Positions 1 to 7,932 of a DNA stretch of 64,000 bases are shown here, one piece after another. Position numbers and translations under genes: made by a program. Each line of letters begins with the position of its first letter. The first letter of the stretch is position 1. The notes beneath the pieces were generated by a model that did not search any database, had not been told where the DNA came from, and worked only from the letters and a program-made list of their open reading frames with translations. Origin of the DNA: a virus; IMG/VR virus record IMGVR_UViG_3300008735_000002, positions 32,001 through 96,000 of that record, one strand, 5' to 3'.

Positions 1-1842
1 ATCAAAGTTTTTCTTTGCGAAGCGCTTGCTCTTGATAAGAGTCTCTTCATGCTCTCCCCTCCACTTCTGTATCGCTTTTGCCACTTCTTTCTCAACAGCT
101 TTCGAAGCCCCATCCAAAGCTACATTCACCAAATCCTTCAGTCCAGTCATTCGCTTCTTAGCAGTTAAAGAACTTTGTGATGTCTTTGAAAGGCCGGCTG
201 CCCAGTTGTCTAAAGCGTTGGCAACAGCCACACTTGGTGCCTCTGGTTCTGCAGCTGCTTCTTGTGCAGCGGTCTCAAGTTCTGCCTGAGCGGTCTCTTG
301 CTCTTCTGCAGCTTCTTCTTCAGAAGCCGGCGCGCCCTCTTCACCCTCAGCGGCTTCATCCTCACCAACTGCGATCTTTTTATCTAGCAGCTCTGCATCG
401 TTAACAGCTGTTGCCCATGCTGTAACAGCCTTTTCATCAGGGGCGGCGCCAATAGGTTTTCCAACATCTGCAAATGCTGTCACAATATCTTCAATCGCAA
501 TCGCTTCCTCTTCTTGTTCAAATAGAAGCGAAGAAAGACTTGACTCGTGCATCTTGGTTCCGGTCGGTTCGTGGTGCGCAGCAAAAAGCTTGGAAGCATC
601 AGGGTCTGATAACAATGTTTTTACTAGTTCGCCACCCGTATCTCCAAGATGCTCATCACCAAGATCTGCTAAAGCGTCTAAATTCTTAAAGGCGCTAGCG
701 ACCCTCTCATCAGCTGCTTCTTCTGCTGTGTTTGCCATATCAGCGACTTGTTCAGGAGTAGCACCATCTGGTCCAGAAGTGTAAAGAGCAAGAATCTGTG
801 CAACAATTTCCTGCTGTCTAACAGCCAGGTCAGCTAATTTTCCAGCCAAGCCTTGCTTTAAAGCTTCAGCATCAGCGGGCTCAAGCTCGCCGCTTGCTGC
901 ATCGAATACATCTTTCGCAACCTCAGGAGACTTTTGCAACGCAGCAGCTCCTTGCTCGGCTGCCTTCATGTCTACCTTACCGCTCTTTGCTTGCTCAGCG
1001 CCAGCTTGTGCAGCAGCAGCTGCGGCAGACGCCTCACCTGTCTCTTCACCAACCTGCTCGACCGCACCGGTCAGTTTCTGCTGAGCTGTTGACATATTGA
1101 GAGCAACAAACTCTTCGAAGGGAGAAGCCATGATAGCTTCGACCACAAGATCACCCTCAACAAGATTCCCGGTTTTGTCACCGCTGAATAATGCAGCGAT
1201 GAATCCGACTACCTTACTAAAGAACCCGCCGCCCTCAGCTTCGGCAGCTTTAGTTCCAGCTTCCCATGCACCGTTGAACCAGTCTGGAACCTTATAGGTC
1301 TTCTCGACTGCTTTTGCAATATCCTCAGTTGTAGGAAAGTCAGGGGCATCATCACCGCCCTCATCAGCAGCTTTTGCCAATTCACCAATTGGCTTTGTTG
1401 AGTCTTCAGGTTTATATTTTTGTAGCTCTGCCTTCACTTGCTCTATACAAGTGATCAAAGCAGCAAACTCACCAGAGGCATCTTGAATTTGCTTAGTGAT
1501 ATCTGATGCGGTTTTTGCTCGAGCTTTTCCATCTGTCCCTTCGTCATAAAGCGAGTCAACATTTGCGGCAATATCATTGTACAGTGACTTAATCGGCTCG
1601 AGAGCTGACTGCCATTCCGACTTCGCGGCGCCCGCTGCCAGCTGGGCTTCTACTTCACCAATGGTCGCTTCAAATTCTTTAATCGTGGCGTCCATCTCCT
1701 TTGCGTCTTCATCATTTAGCTCTTCCAAAAGGAGAGCAGCCATGTTACCTTCACGAAGGAGGTCTTCAGTCAAGGCGTTGGTATATGTCCTAACAAAGGC
1801 TCGCCCGGAGGTGACACCTGCTTTATAAATAATTCCGCTCAT
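1..1842 (-). CDS. Large acidic Ala/Glu-rich protein, truncated at the left window edge; possible internal head protein
   Basis: Absent from the ORF track because it has no stop in the window. I read ATG at 1842 (AGGGGG RBS upstream), MSGIIYKAGVTSGRAFVRTYTNALTEDLLREGNMAALLLEE..., open to position 1 (614 codons). The function is inference. Confidence 0.8.
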   Translation of the reverse strand, partial: MSGIIYKAGVTSGRAFVRTYTNALTEDLLREGNMAALLLEELNDEDAKEMDATIKEFEATIGEVEAQLAAGAAKSEWQSALEPIKSLYNDIAANVDSLYDEGTDGKARAKTASDITKQIQDASGEFAALITCIEQVKAELQKYKPEDSTKPIGELAKAADEGGDDAPDFPTTEDIAKAVEKTYKVPDWFNGAWEAGTKAAEAEGGGFFSKVVGFIAALFSGDKTGNLVEGDLVVEAIMASPFEEFVALNMSTAQQKLTGAVEQVGEETGEASAAAAAAQAGAEQAKSGKVDMKAAEQGAAALQKSPEVAKDVFDAASGELEPADAEALKQGLAGKLADLAVRQQEIVAQILALYTSGPDGATPEQVADMANTAEEAADERVASAFKNLDALADLGDEHLGDTGGELVKTLLSDPDASKLFAAHHEPTGTKMHESSLSSLLFEQEEEAIAIEDIVTAFADVGKPIGAAPDEKAVTAWATAVNDAELLDKKIAVGEDEAAEGEEGAPASEEEAAEEQETAQAELETAAQEAAAEPEAPSVAVANALDNWAAGLSKTSQSSLTAKKRMTGLKDLVNVALDGASKAVEKEVAKAIQKWRGEHEETLIKSKRFAKKNFD

Positions 1843-1874
1843 TTACGAGCCCCCTAAATACTTCTGCTTAGAAC

Positions 1875-1881
1875 TAAATAT
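1875..1881 (-). promoter_or_regulatory. Candidate late-promoter motif ATATTTA
   Basis: Instance of the recurring intergenic ATAnTTA motif, 33 nt upstream of the ATG at 1842. Confidence 0.4.
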
Positions 1882-1900
1882 GGAGTAAAGACGGATGGTA

Positions 1901-2320
1901 CTACGTTGTGTAGCGCCTAACTGAAACTCCTGCTGACCGTAATAGCTCGATACCAGACAAATCGCGGTATTCTTCATCAAAAACTACCTCTTTTACGCCA
2001 CCGTTAATAATAGCCTTCGCGCACATCTTGCAAGGGCTTAAGGTAATATACATTATCTTTTTACCGCGATTATTATAGTCGCACTTAAGCAGTGCGTTAA
2101 TCTCTGCATGAATCATCCCTGAATTTCCTGGCTCAGCAGACTCAACCTCATTTGGTCCGCCTGAATAATTTCCATTATAACCGACAGCGAGTACTTGAGT
2201 ATTTTCATCTGTCACGATCACTGCACCTACCTGGTACCGTGGGTCATACGATCTACGAGCTATGGAGTGAGCAAAACCCATCCATATTTCATCCCAATGT
2301 GGTCTACCATCCGAGCTCAT
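1901..2320 (-). CDS. cd: dCMP deaminase
   Basis: Zinc deaminase motifs HAE (MIHAEINAL) and PCxxC (SPCKMC); GYNG motif. Confidence 0.92.
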   Translation of the reverse strand: MSSDGRPHWDEIWMGFAHSIARRSYDPRYQVGAVIVTDENTQVLAVGYNGNYSGGPNEVESAEPGNSGMIHAEINALLKCDYNNRGKKIMYITLSPCKMCAKAIINGGVKEVVFDEEYRDLSGIELLRSAGVSVRRYTT

Positions 2321-2897
2321 TCAAGTACCCCTTAAGGCTATCACAGCTTTCGACTTCATCTCCCCAAACTGACCATCCAGGTAACTGGTGGCGAGCAAAC
2401 AGTTCAACCTTCGTCTGGTCTGGAAACATCTGCTCAATGCGAGTTCGAACTTCATCTGGTTTCTTACTATGCTCTTCACGGAGGTGCTCTAAATATTGTC
2501 GTACATTTCTGGCACCTCGAGGTCGAGGAATTTTTCCATTTTTTCCAACAAGACAAAGCTCACACTGCGACATGGTATAAAATCCGGGATTAACTCTCAT
2601 CTTATTCCAAACGAATGCAACGGTAGAATATTTTAGCCCCCAGCTTTTTAGAAGCTCAATCCCCTGATCAAGATGAGGGTTTGTTACCCACATAAAGACA
2701 AGAGAATCTTCGTTGAGAAGCTTCTGCATTGGAAACTGCTTTAGCTGCTTTAGCTTGAGTGTACCATAATGCTTGCGAGCCCCACCTGTATCACCCATTC
2801 CAGGTTTAGAATGTTGTAGCTGGCCCTTGTAATCCCATGGTGGATCCAAATAGACAATGTCAAACCTCGGCTTCGGTTGTGTCAAAAAGTTCTTCAA
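2304..2897 (-). CDS. MT-A70 family N6-adenine methyltransferase
   Basis: DPPW catalytic motif (VYLDPPWDY), FMWVTNP, HSKKP and ELFAR motifs. The start is probably the TTG at 2897 (AAGGAG RBS 7 nt upstream), not 2990. Confidence 0.88.
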   Translation of the reverse strand: MKNFLTQPKPRFDIVYLDPPWDYKGQLQHSKPGMGDTGGARKHYGTLKLKQLKQFPMQKLLNEDSLVFMWVTNPHLDQGIELLKSWGLKYSTVAFVWNKMRVNPGFYTMSQCELCLVGKNGKIPRPRGARNVRQYLEHLREEHSKKPDEVRTRIEQMFPDQTKVELFARHQLPGWSVWGDEVESCDSLKGYLNELGW

Positions 2898-3714
2898 TGT
2901 GTTTCTCCTTAGGTAAAGTAAATCCAGCAGCTTTCTTGTGGCCACCGCCACCAAAGCTCTTAGCAATTTCTGATACGTCAACGCTCTCATGAAAAGCTCG
3001 TAAGCTGACTTTCGTTATTTCATCTTCATGATCCCAATACCAGATCAAAGCAAAATCGCAATCAGGAGAAAGCCGTGCTCCGATTTCTGACATCCAGTGA
3101 GAAGCATTTACTACCAGCACTTCCTTCCCATCCATCATGCGGGGCTGCGCTTTTTCACAGACCTTTTTGACAACAGTCTTACTGTACGCCAGGATGTAAG
3201 ATCCTCGCTTACATGCATCATCAAACACAGAGTCATCTTCAAACTTTTCGAACTCTTCAAACTCAAACGGTACCATATCGAATGCTGCACTAAACTCTTT
3301 TGAATACTCAAGTTCCCACTTCCACAGGTCTCGATCCTGAATATATTTGATAAACTTCGGTGGCTCCTTACCCGGGTGGAAATATTCCCACGCCAGTATT
3401 GCACCGCTCTTTGTCATATCAAAATGAGTGTTAGAGATATCATGAAGTTCAACCATCGCAGACTTGTGATGATCGATAATCATAAGATTTTTGGCTTTCT
3501 TTATCATCTTCTTCGTTGTAGATTTATCATAAGAGAAATCCAGAATAACTACATTTTTTCCTTTAACATCGGGTGGCGGGGTACCATGCTTACAAGCGTA
3601 ATACTCTGCTCTATTCCCTAACTGCTTCCATGCAGAATATGCCGCCCCGAAACCGTCTGTGCAGTCAGCATGATAGATTACGACATTAACTGAATTTGGG
3701 TCCATTGTACTCAT
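2860..3714 (-). CDS. DHH/DHHA1 phosphoesterase (NrnB-like nanoRNase/oligoribonuclease)
   Basis: HADCTDG, ILDFS, IIDHHKS, QDRDLW and GGGGHKKAAG motifs. Confidence 0.85.
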   Translation of the reverse strand: MSTMDPNSVNVVIYHADCTDGFGAAYSAWKQLGNRAEYYACKHGTPPPDVKGKNVVILDFSYDKSTTKKMIKKAKNLMIIDHHKSAMVELHDISNTHFDMTKSGAILAWEYFHPGKEPPKFIKYIQDRDLWKWELEYSKEFSAAFDMVPFEFEEFEKFEDDSVFDDACKRGSYILAYSKTVVKKVCEKAQPRMMDGKEVLVVNASHWMSEIGARLSPDCDFALIWYWDHEDEITKVSLRAFHESVDVSEIAKSFGGGGHKKAAGFTLPKEKHIEELFDTTEAEV

Positions 3715-3734
3715 TATACCCTCGCGATAGAAAT

Positions 3735-4175
3735 TTAATTATGTTTTTTCGGATGAACAAAAGTATATTTTTTGTCCTCTGTTGTGTCCCTTCCATAATC
3801 ATCTTCCAGCCGTATCGGTTCGCCACAATTGCCATCAGAAATTTCAAATACCACACTATCATCTTGAGCAGTCAATCGATACGCGCAACCTGCCTGAATA
3901 TTCAGAATGTCTCCCTTTTTTAGGGTGACCAAGCGCGCTGGCTCTTGAATTGAATTATGAAAGTGTCTTTCATCTGCGATTTCTGCAAGGATCTCTCCAT
4001 GTTGAATATACAGAACTTCATTTTTAGTAGGATGGAACTTAAGACTCGTGCGATGACCTGCTCGAAGGTGAATTTCTTTTCCATGAAACAAGCCGTTCCA
4101 CTGAATTTCATAGCCCCAAGGCTTCTCTTCTGAAGAAGATGTACTGGCCCATACGCATCTATTCATCTGTCTCAA
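3735..4175 (-). CDS. Cupin protein resembling the mannose-6-phosphate isomerase type II C-terminal domain
   Basis: KPWG, SLKFHPTKNE, FEIS and RLEDDYGR pattern. Confidence 0.7.
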   Translation of the reverse strand: MRQMNRCVWASTSSSEEKPWGYEIQWNGLFHGKEIHLRAGHRTSLKFHPTKNEVLYIQHGEILAEIADERHFHNSIQEPARLVTLKKGDILNIQAGCAYRLTAQDDSVVFEISDGNCGEPIRLEDDYGRDTTEDKKYTFVHPKKHN

Positions 4176-5184
4176 TCAACTCCCACCATCTTAATGTTTG
4201 ATTTAGACCATCCCAGAATTTAACCTGAGGGATCCATCCAAGTTCTTCACTAATCTTATTTATACACCCGAGAGTGTGCTTGACATCGCCCTGTCTTTCT
4301 GGTGCGTGAGCAATGGAAAGTTCAGAAAATTGCTCATTAAGTGTTGCAAGAATTTGGTTATTCGAAACAGCTGTGCCAGTTGCGACGTTGTACATCTCAA
4401 ATCCCAGAATAGCCGGGTAATCAGCAGCAACTAACATCGCATTTGCTACGTCTTTTACATACACCATGTCCCTAGTTTGTTCACCATCACCATCACTTCG
4501 AAGCGGTTCACCGTTCTTTAGTCGTGTACACCACGCAGCAACAGCAGTTGAATAGGGAGAATCCCCCAACTGTCCCGGACCGTACACATTAAAGAACCTT
4601 AGCGCAACAAAATCCATCCCATACAGGCGATTGTACATTTCTCCAAACTGCTCTACCACCAACTTCTGCAACCCGTAGGGAGATGTCGGATCTTCTGCTT
4701 CATTCTCATTTGTGGGAAGTCTAGAAACTTCGCCATAACATGCAGACGAGGACGCGAAAACAAAACGATCGATCTTATCAATGGCAGCAGACATTAATTC
4801 AATTGTTTTTTGAACATTCGTATGCGTCGTAAGAGCTGGAAATTTAACTGAATACTCTACACGAGGATTTGCGGCCAGGTGAAAAATCACATCATACCTT
4901 CCGGCTGCGACGCGCTGTAGAATGGGTCCTGCAGCGAAATCTGATGTAATAACAAGCAATGAACCCGGTTCTTCTACTATCGACGGACCAGTATTGTTTT
5001 GATCATACAGGTGTAGAACGTGCTCAGTAACCGTTCTAAATTCAAGTCCGCTTAAAGTTGCCAGGTCTCCATTCGATAAATCATCAACCCCCTCGACACT
5101 CCATCCGGCAGCAACAAGCTGACGTGTTACATGACTACCAATAAAGCCACAGCAACCTGTGACTAATGCTTTACGTGTATGCAC
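4159..5184 (-). CDS. NAD-dependent nucleotide-sugar epimerase/dehydratase (extended SDR, GalE/WbpP-like)
   Basis: GxxGFIG (TGCCGFIGSH), ASSSACYG, catalytic YxxxK (YGLQK), RFFNVYGP and RDMVYVKDVA. Confidence 0.9.
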   Translation of the reverse strand: MHTRKALVTGCCGFIGSHVTRQLVAAGWSVEGVDDLSNGDLATLSGLEFRTVTEHVLHLYDQNNTGPSIVEEPGSLLVITSDFAAGPILQRVAAGRYDVIFHLAANPRVEYSVKFPALTTHTNVQKTIELMSAAIDKIDRFVFASSSACYGEVSRLPTNENEAEDPTSPYGLQKLVVEQFGEMYNRLYGMDFVALRFFNVYGPGQLGDSPYSTAVAAWCTRLKNGEPLRSDGDGEQTRDMVYVKDVANAMLVAADYPAILGFEMYNVATGTAVSNNQILATLNEQFSELSIAHAPERQGDVKHTLGCINKISEELGWIPQVKFWDGLNQTLRWWELIETDE

Positions 5185-5728
5185 AAAAATCCTCCGCGTT
5201 TAAGTCTTTACTGATTCCTAAAAACATTTTAATCTTCTTTACCTGTTTGTTCAAGTCCATATCATCGGTTTCCAAAATAAGACATTCACATGTCGTCGTT
5301 TCATAAAACGTTCGATAATGTTTATCCAGGACTTTCAGCATTTCCGGTGGTAACTGATCTGGATACTGGTCATCAACCAAACCAGAGTAATCTTTTCGTA
5401 AACAAAGAATGAATTTGCCGTTTACCTCTGCAAACTTATCATCCATCCATGTAATTGCGTCAAGATCAGTAGGACGCTCGAATGCGCTAGCATAAACAAG
5501 CTCACAAGGATAAAAGCGGTCTAAGATAACTGACGCATCTGTTTGGTGCATGAAATCCATCAAAAACGGACCGCCGTACCGCAAAAGGTTAAGAAAGTAA
5601 TCTGGGCTGTCCAATTGTGTTTTCCATTCCCCGGAATTCTTAAAAACAGGAATACCAGTCTGGCGAGAAAGCTCAGCAGCGATATTCGACTTTCCAGTCA
5701 TATCAGGTCCGATGAATGCTATCTTCAT
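5171..5728 (-). CDS. Deoxynucleoside monophosphate kinase (thymidylate-kinase family)
   Basis: P-loop GPDMTGKS and the ILDRF motif; ATGA overlap with the upstream glycosyltransferase. Confidence 0.8.
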   Translation of the reverse strand: MKIAFIGPDMTGKSNIAAELSRQTGIPVFKNSGEWKTQLDSPDYFLNLLRYGGPFLMDFMHQTDASVILDRFYPCELVYASAFERPTDLDAITWMDDKFAEVNGKFILCLRKDYSGLVDDQYPDQLPPEMLKVLDKHYRTFYETTTCECLILETDDMDLNKQVKKIKMFLGISKDLNAEDFCAYT

Positions 5729-6780
5729 GCCCTATAATCACTCAGAATGTGTTCAAGCAAATCAGTCCTATATTCAGGCCTGGGATCGATCACGGTCCTC
5801 AGAGCCTCCTCTTGTGCATCAACAAGAGCTTTCCGTTCGGTAGCGTCCAGCGTCGCGATCCACTTAGTTTTTTCTACAACATCCAACCAGGTTTCAACCA
5901 GCAAAGACTTATCAGCAAGTCCTACCGGAATAGCGTGCTGAAACTCGATCGGAACGAGAGCAGGTACATTACTCTTAATCGCTTCAAAGAATCGACCAGT
6001 GATATTTCCGTAAGGAGTGTAAGCCGGCTTTGTAATATGAGTTACAGTAATTGATTCGTTCAGCACTTTGAAGATATCTTTATAAGCCAGCCGGGGACCG
6101 AATGCCACATTCGGTGTCTGAGCCAGCAAAACGGCGGGATCGATTCTCTCAGGTGATTTATTCAACCAGTTTCCATAAATCATAGTCTGAATACCAGCTT
6201 CTCTGAGGACAGGGCTGGGGGTCGTATAGTATTTCGCGAATTGCTCTTCACGCTCGTAGTTATTCCCAACGTAAGTATAGTTGTAAGAGTACTCGACTGG
6301 CTCGAAATACCTCTTCATATAATTGCACCATGGAATCGTAATTCGCTTACGGGTCTGATGACGAGGAGAAACACACGCGTCTGCTAAGACGGCGTTAGGC
6401 CAACGAAGCTCTTCTTCGGGAGTCATCTTAAGGTCACCATCGACAATAACAATTGGAATACCCTGCCCATGGTAATAATCAAGAACCTCACACTGACGAT
6501 TGTAGTCCGGCTCAGCGGGATTTTCTCCGCTATTTTTCCAAGTTGGCCAACGCCATTCGACATACAAGATATCACCATCCGGAAATCCAGCGTCATCATA
6601 TTCTACGCCGGGATATTGCTCATCATCCCGCATACGCTGTAGCTGAACAGGGGTATGACCACGCTTTAGTAATTCATTTACCCAATCCACACGATTGCCA
6701 CGCTCACCGTCTGGTGTGTTGACAACGCTGTTCTTTTCAAGGGGAGTAATAAACCCCCAAAAACTGTAAAGTACTCTCAT
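5725..6780 (-). CDS. GT-B glycosyltransferase resembling T4 DNA beta-glucosyltransferase
   Basis: 351 aa. The C-terminal half matches T4 BGT by eye: NITGRFFEAIKSNVPALVPIEF vs FITLRVWETMASDAVMLIDEEF; TYVGN vs VIYGGS; IYGN vs FFGN; QEEAL vs QHDIL. Confidence 0.72.
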   Translation of the reverse strand: MRVLYSFWGFITPLEKNSVVNTPDGERGNRVDWVNELLKRGHTPVQLQRMRDDEQYPGVEYDDAGFPDGDILYVEWRWPTWKNSGENPAEPDYNRQCEVLDYYHGQGIPIVIVDGDLKMTPEEELRWPNAVLADACVSPRHQTRKRITIPWCNYMKRYFEPVEYSYNYTYVGNNYEREEQFAKYYTTPSPVLREAGIQTMIYGNWLNKSPERIDPAVLLAQTPNVAFGPRLAYKDIFKVLNESITVTHITKPAYTPYGNITGRFFEAIKSNVPALVPIEFQHAIPVGLADKSLLVETWLDVVEKTKWIATLDATERKALVDAQEEALRTVIDPRPEYRTDLLEHILSDYRA

Positions 6781-6801
6781 TATTTCTCCGAGTTACTATT
6801 C

Positions 6802-6830
6802 ATTATAGCAAGTCTAAGCATTGTTTTCAA
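6802..6830 (-). promoter_or_regulatory. Sigma70-type promoter for the glycosyltransferase gene
   Basis: TTGAAA - 17 nt - TATAAT with TG at the extended -10 position; GGAG RBS before the ATG at 6780. Confidence 0.75.
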
Positions 6831-7932
6831 GCTCACGCTTAGCTTTTACAAGAGCAGAACCAATCACCTGATGCATATCATAGTACTTGTACTCTGCCAA
6901 TCTTCCACCAAAAATTATCCCATCTTGTTCAGCAGCGAGGGCTGCATACTTCTTAAACATAGCACCGTTCTTCTCATCATTGATCGGATAATAGGGCGTC
7001 TTACCCCTGCTATATTCGTCAGAGTACTCTCTTGTAATGATTGTATTCTTAAGCTTACCCGCTGTTGCTGGTAAAAAATGCTTGTGCTCTACAATTCTTG
7101 TGAATGGAACATCTGGGTGTGTATAGTTCACTACAGCGTTTCCTTGAAAATCACCCTCGAGCTCTTCATGCTCAAACCGCAACGTCCGATACTCTAGCTC
7201 ACCATAGCGAAATCCGAAGTATTCATCGATCTTTCCAGTAAACACAACCTTGTCAGCAAGAGAATCAAACTCCTCCTTATCTGAAAAGTAATCAACACCC
7301 GTCCATACTGAAACACCTTTCAGCATATTTGCCACCATTGAAGTATAACCGTCAATCGGGATACCCTGATATTTGTCAAAGAAATAATTCTCTTCAAATA
7401 CCATCCTAATCGGTAGACGCTTAATAATAGAAGCCGGTAGTTCTTTCGGATCACGCTGCCACTGCTTCATTGTATAACCCTTGATAAACGTCTCATACAC
7501 CTCACGTCCAACCTGGGATAAGATCCAGTCCTCAAGGTTGTCTGGATTCTCGCATGGGATCCTGACTTCTTCTAACTTCTTCTCAGCTTCTGCTGGTGTC
7601 ATAACACCCCAAAGCTGGTGTAGAGTCATCAGATTAATTGGGAATGAAAAGATCCGATCATTGAAGCGAATTTTTGGCTTGTTTACATAATTGTTAAACG
7701 TAGCAAAACGATTAACATAATCCCAGATCCTCTCATTATTCGTGTGAAAAATATGAGCACCATAGACATGAACGTCTACACCGTTCCGCTTTTCGGAATA
7801 AACGTTCCCACCGATGTGAGGGCGTTTATCAATTACCAGACACTCTTTACCAGCATCAGTCATCTCTCTAGCGAATGTCGCTCCAAAGATGCCTGCTCCT
7901 ACAATCAGATAGTCGTACTTTCGACGGCTCAT
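6814..7932 (-). CDS. glf: UDP-galactopyranose mutase
   Basis: FAD-binding IVGAGIFG, HIGGN, YGAHIFHT, YTMKQW, YQGIP.DGY, YRTL.FE, PYYP and GRLAEYKYYDMHQ. Confidence 0.95.
   Translation of the reverse strand: MSRRKYDYLIVGAGIFGATFAREMTDAGKECLVIDKRPHIGGNVYSEKRNGVDVHVYGAHIFHTNNERIWDYVNRFATFNNYVNKPKIRFNDRIFSFPINLMTLHQLWGVMTPAEAEKKLEEVRIPCENPDNLEDWILSQVGREVYETFIKGYTMKQWQRDPKELPASIIKRLPIRMVFEENYFFDKYQGIPIDGYTSMVANMLKGVSVWTGVDYFSDKEEFDSLADKVVFTGKIDEYFGFRYGELEYRTLRFEHEELEGDFQGNAVVNYTHPDVPFTRIVEHKHFLPATAGKLKNTIITREYSDEYSRGKTPYYPINDEKNGAMFKKYAALAAEQDGIIFGGRLAEYKYYDMHQVIGSALVKAKRELENNA

Noticed and set aside
2304-2990. Upstream start of the methyltransferase at 2990
   Set aside because: It would overlap the DHH gene by about 130 nt; a TTG with a strong AAGGAG RBS at 2897 fits the domain boundary better.
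4159-7932. Interpreting glf plus epimerase as a captured host O-antigen/capsule locus
   Set aside because: No flippase or polymerase genes are present, and they are interleaved with a dCMP-type TS, a dNMP kinase and a BGT-like transferase. Surface or virion glycosylation remains a lesser alternative.
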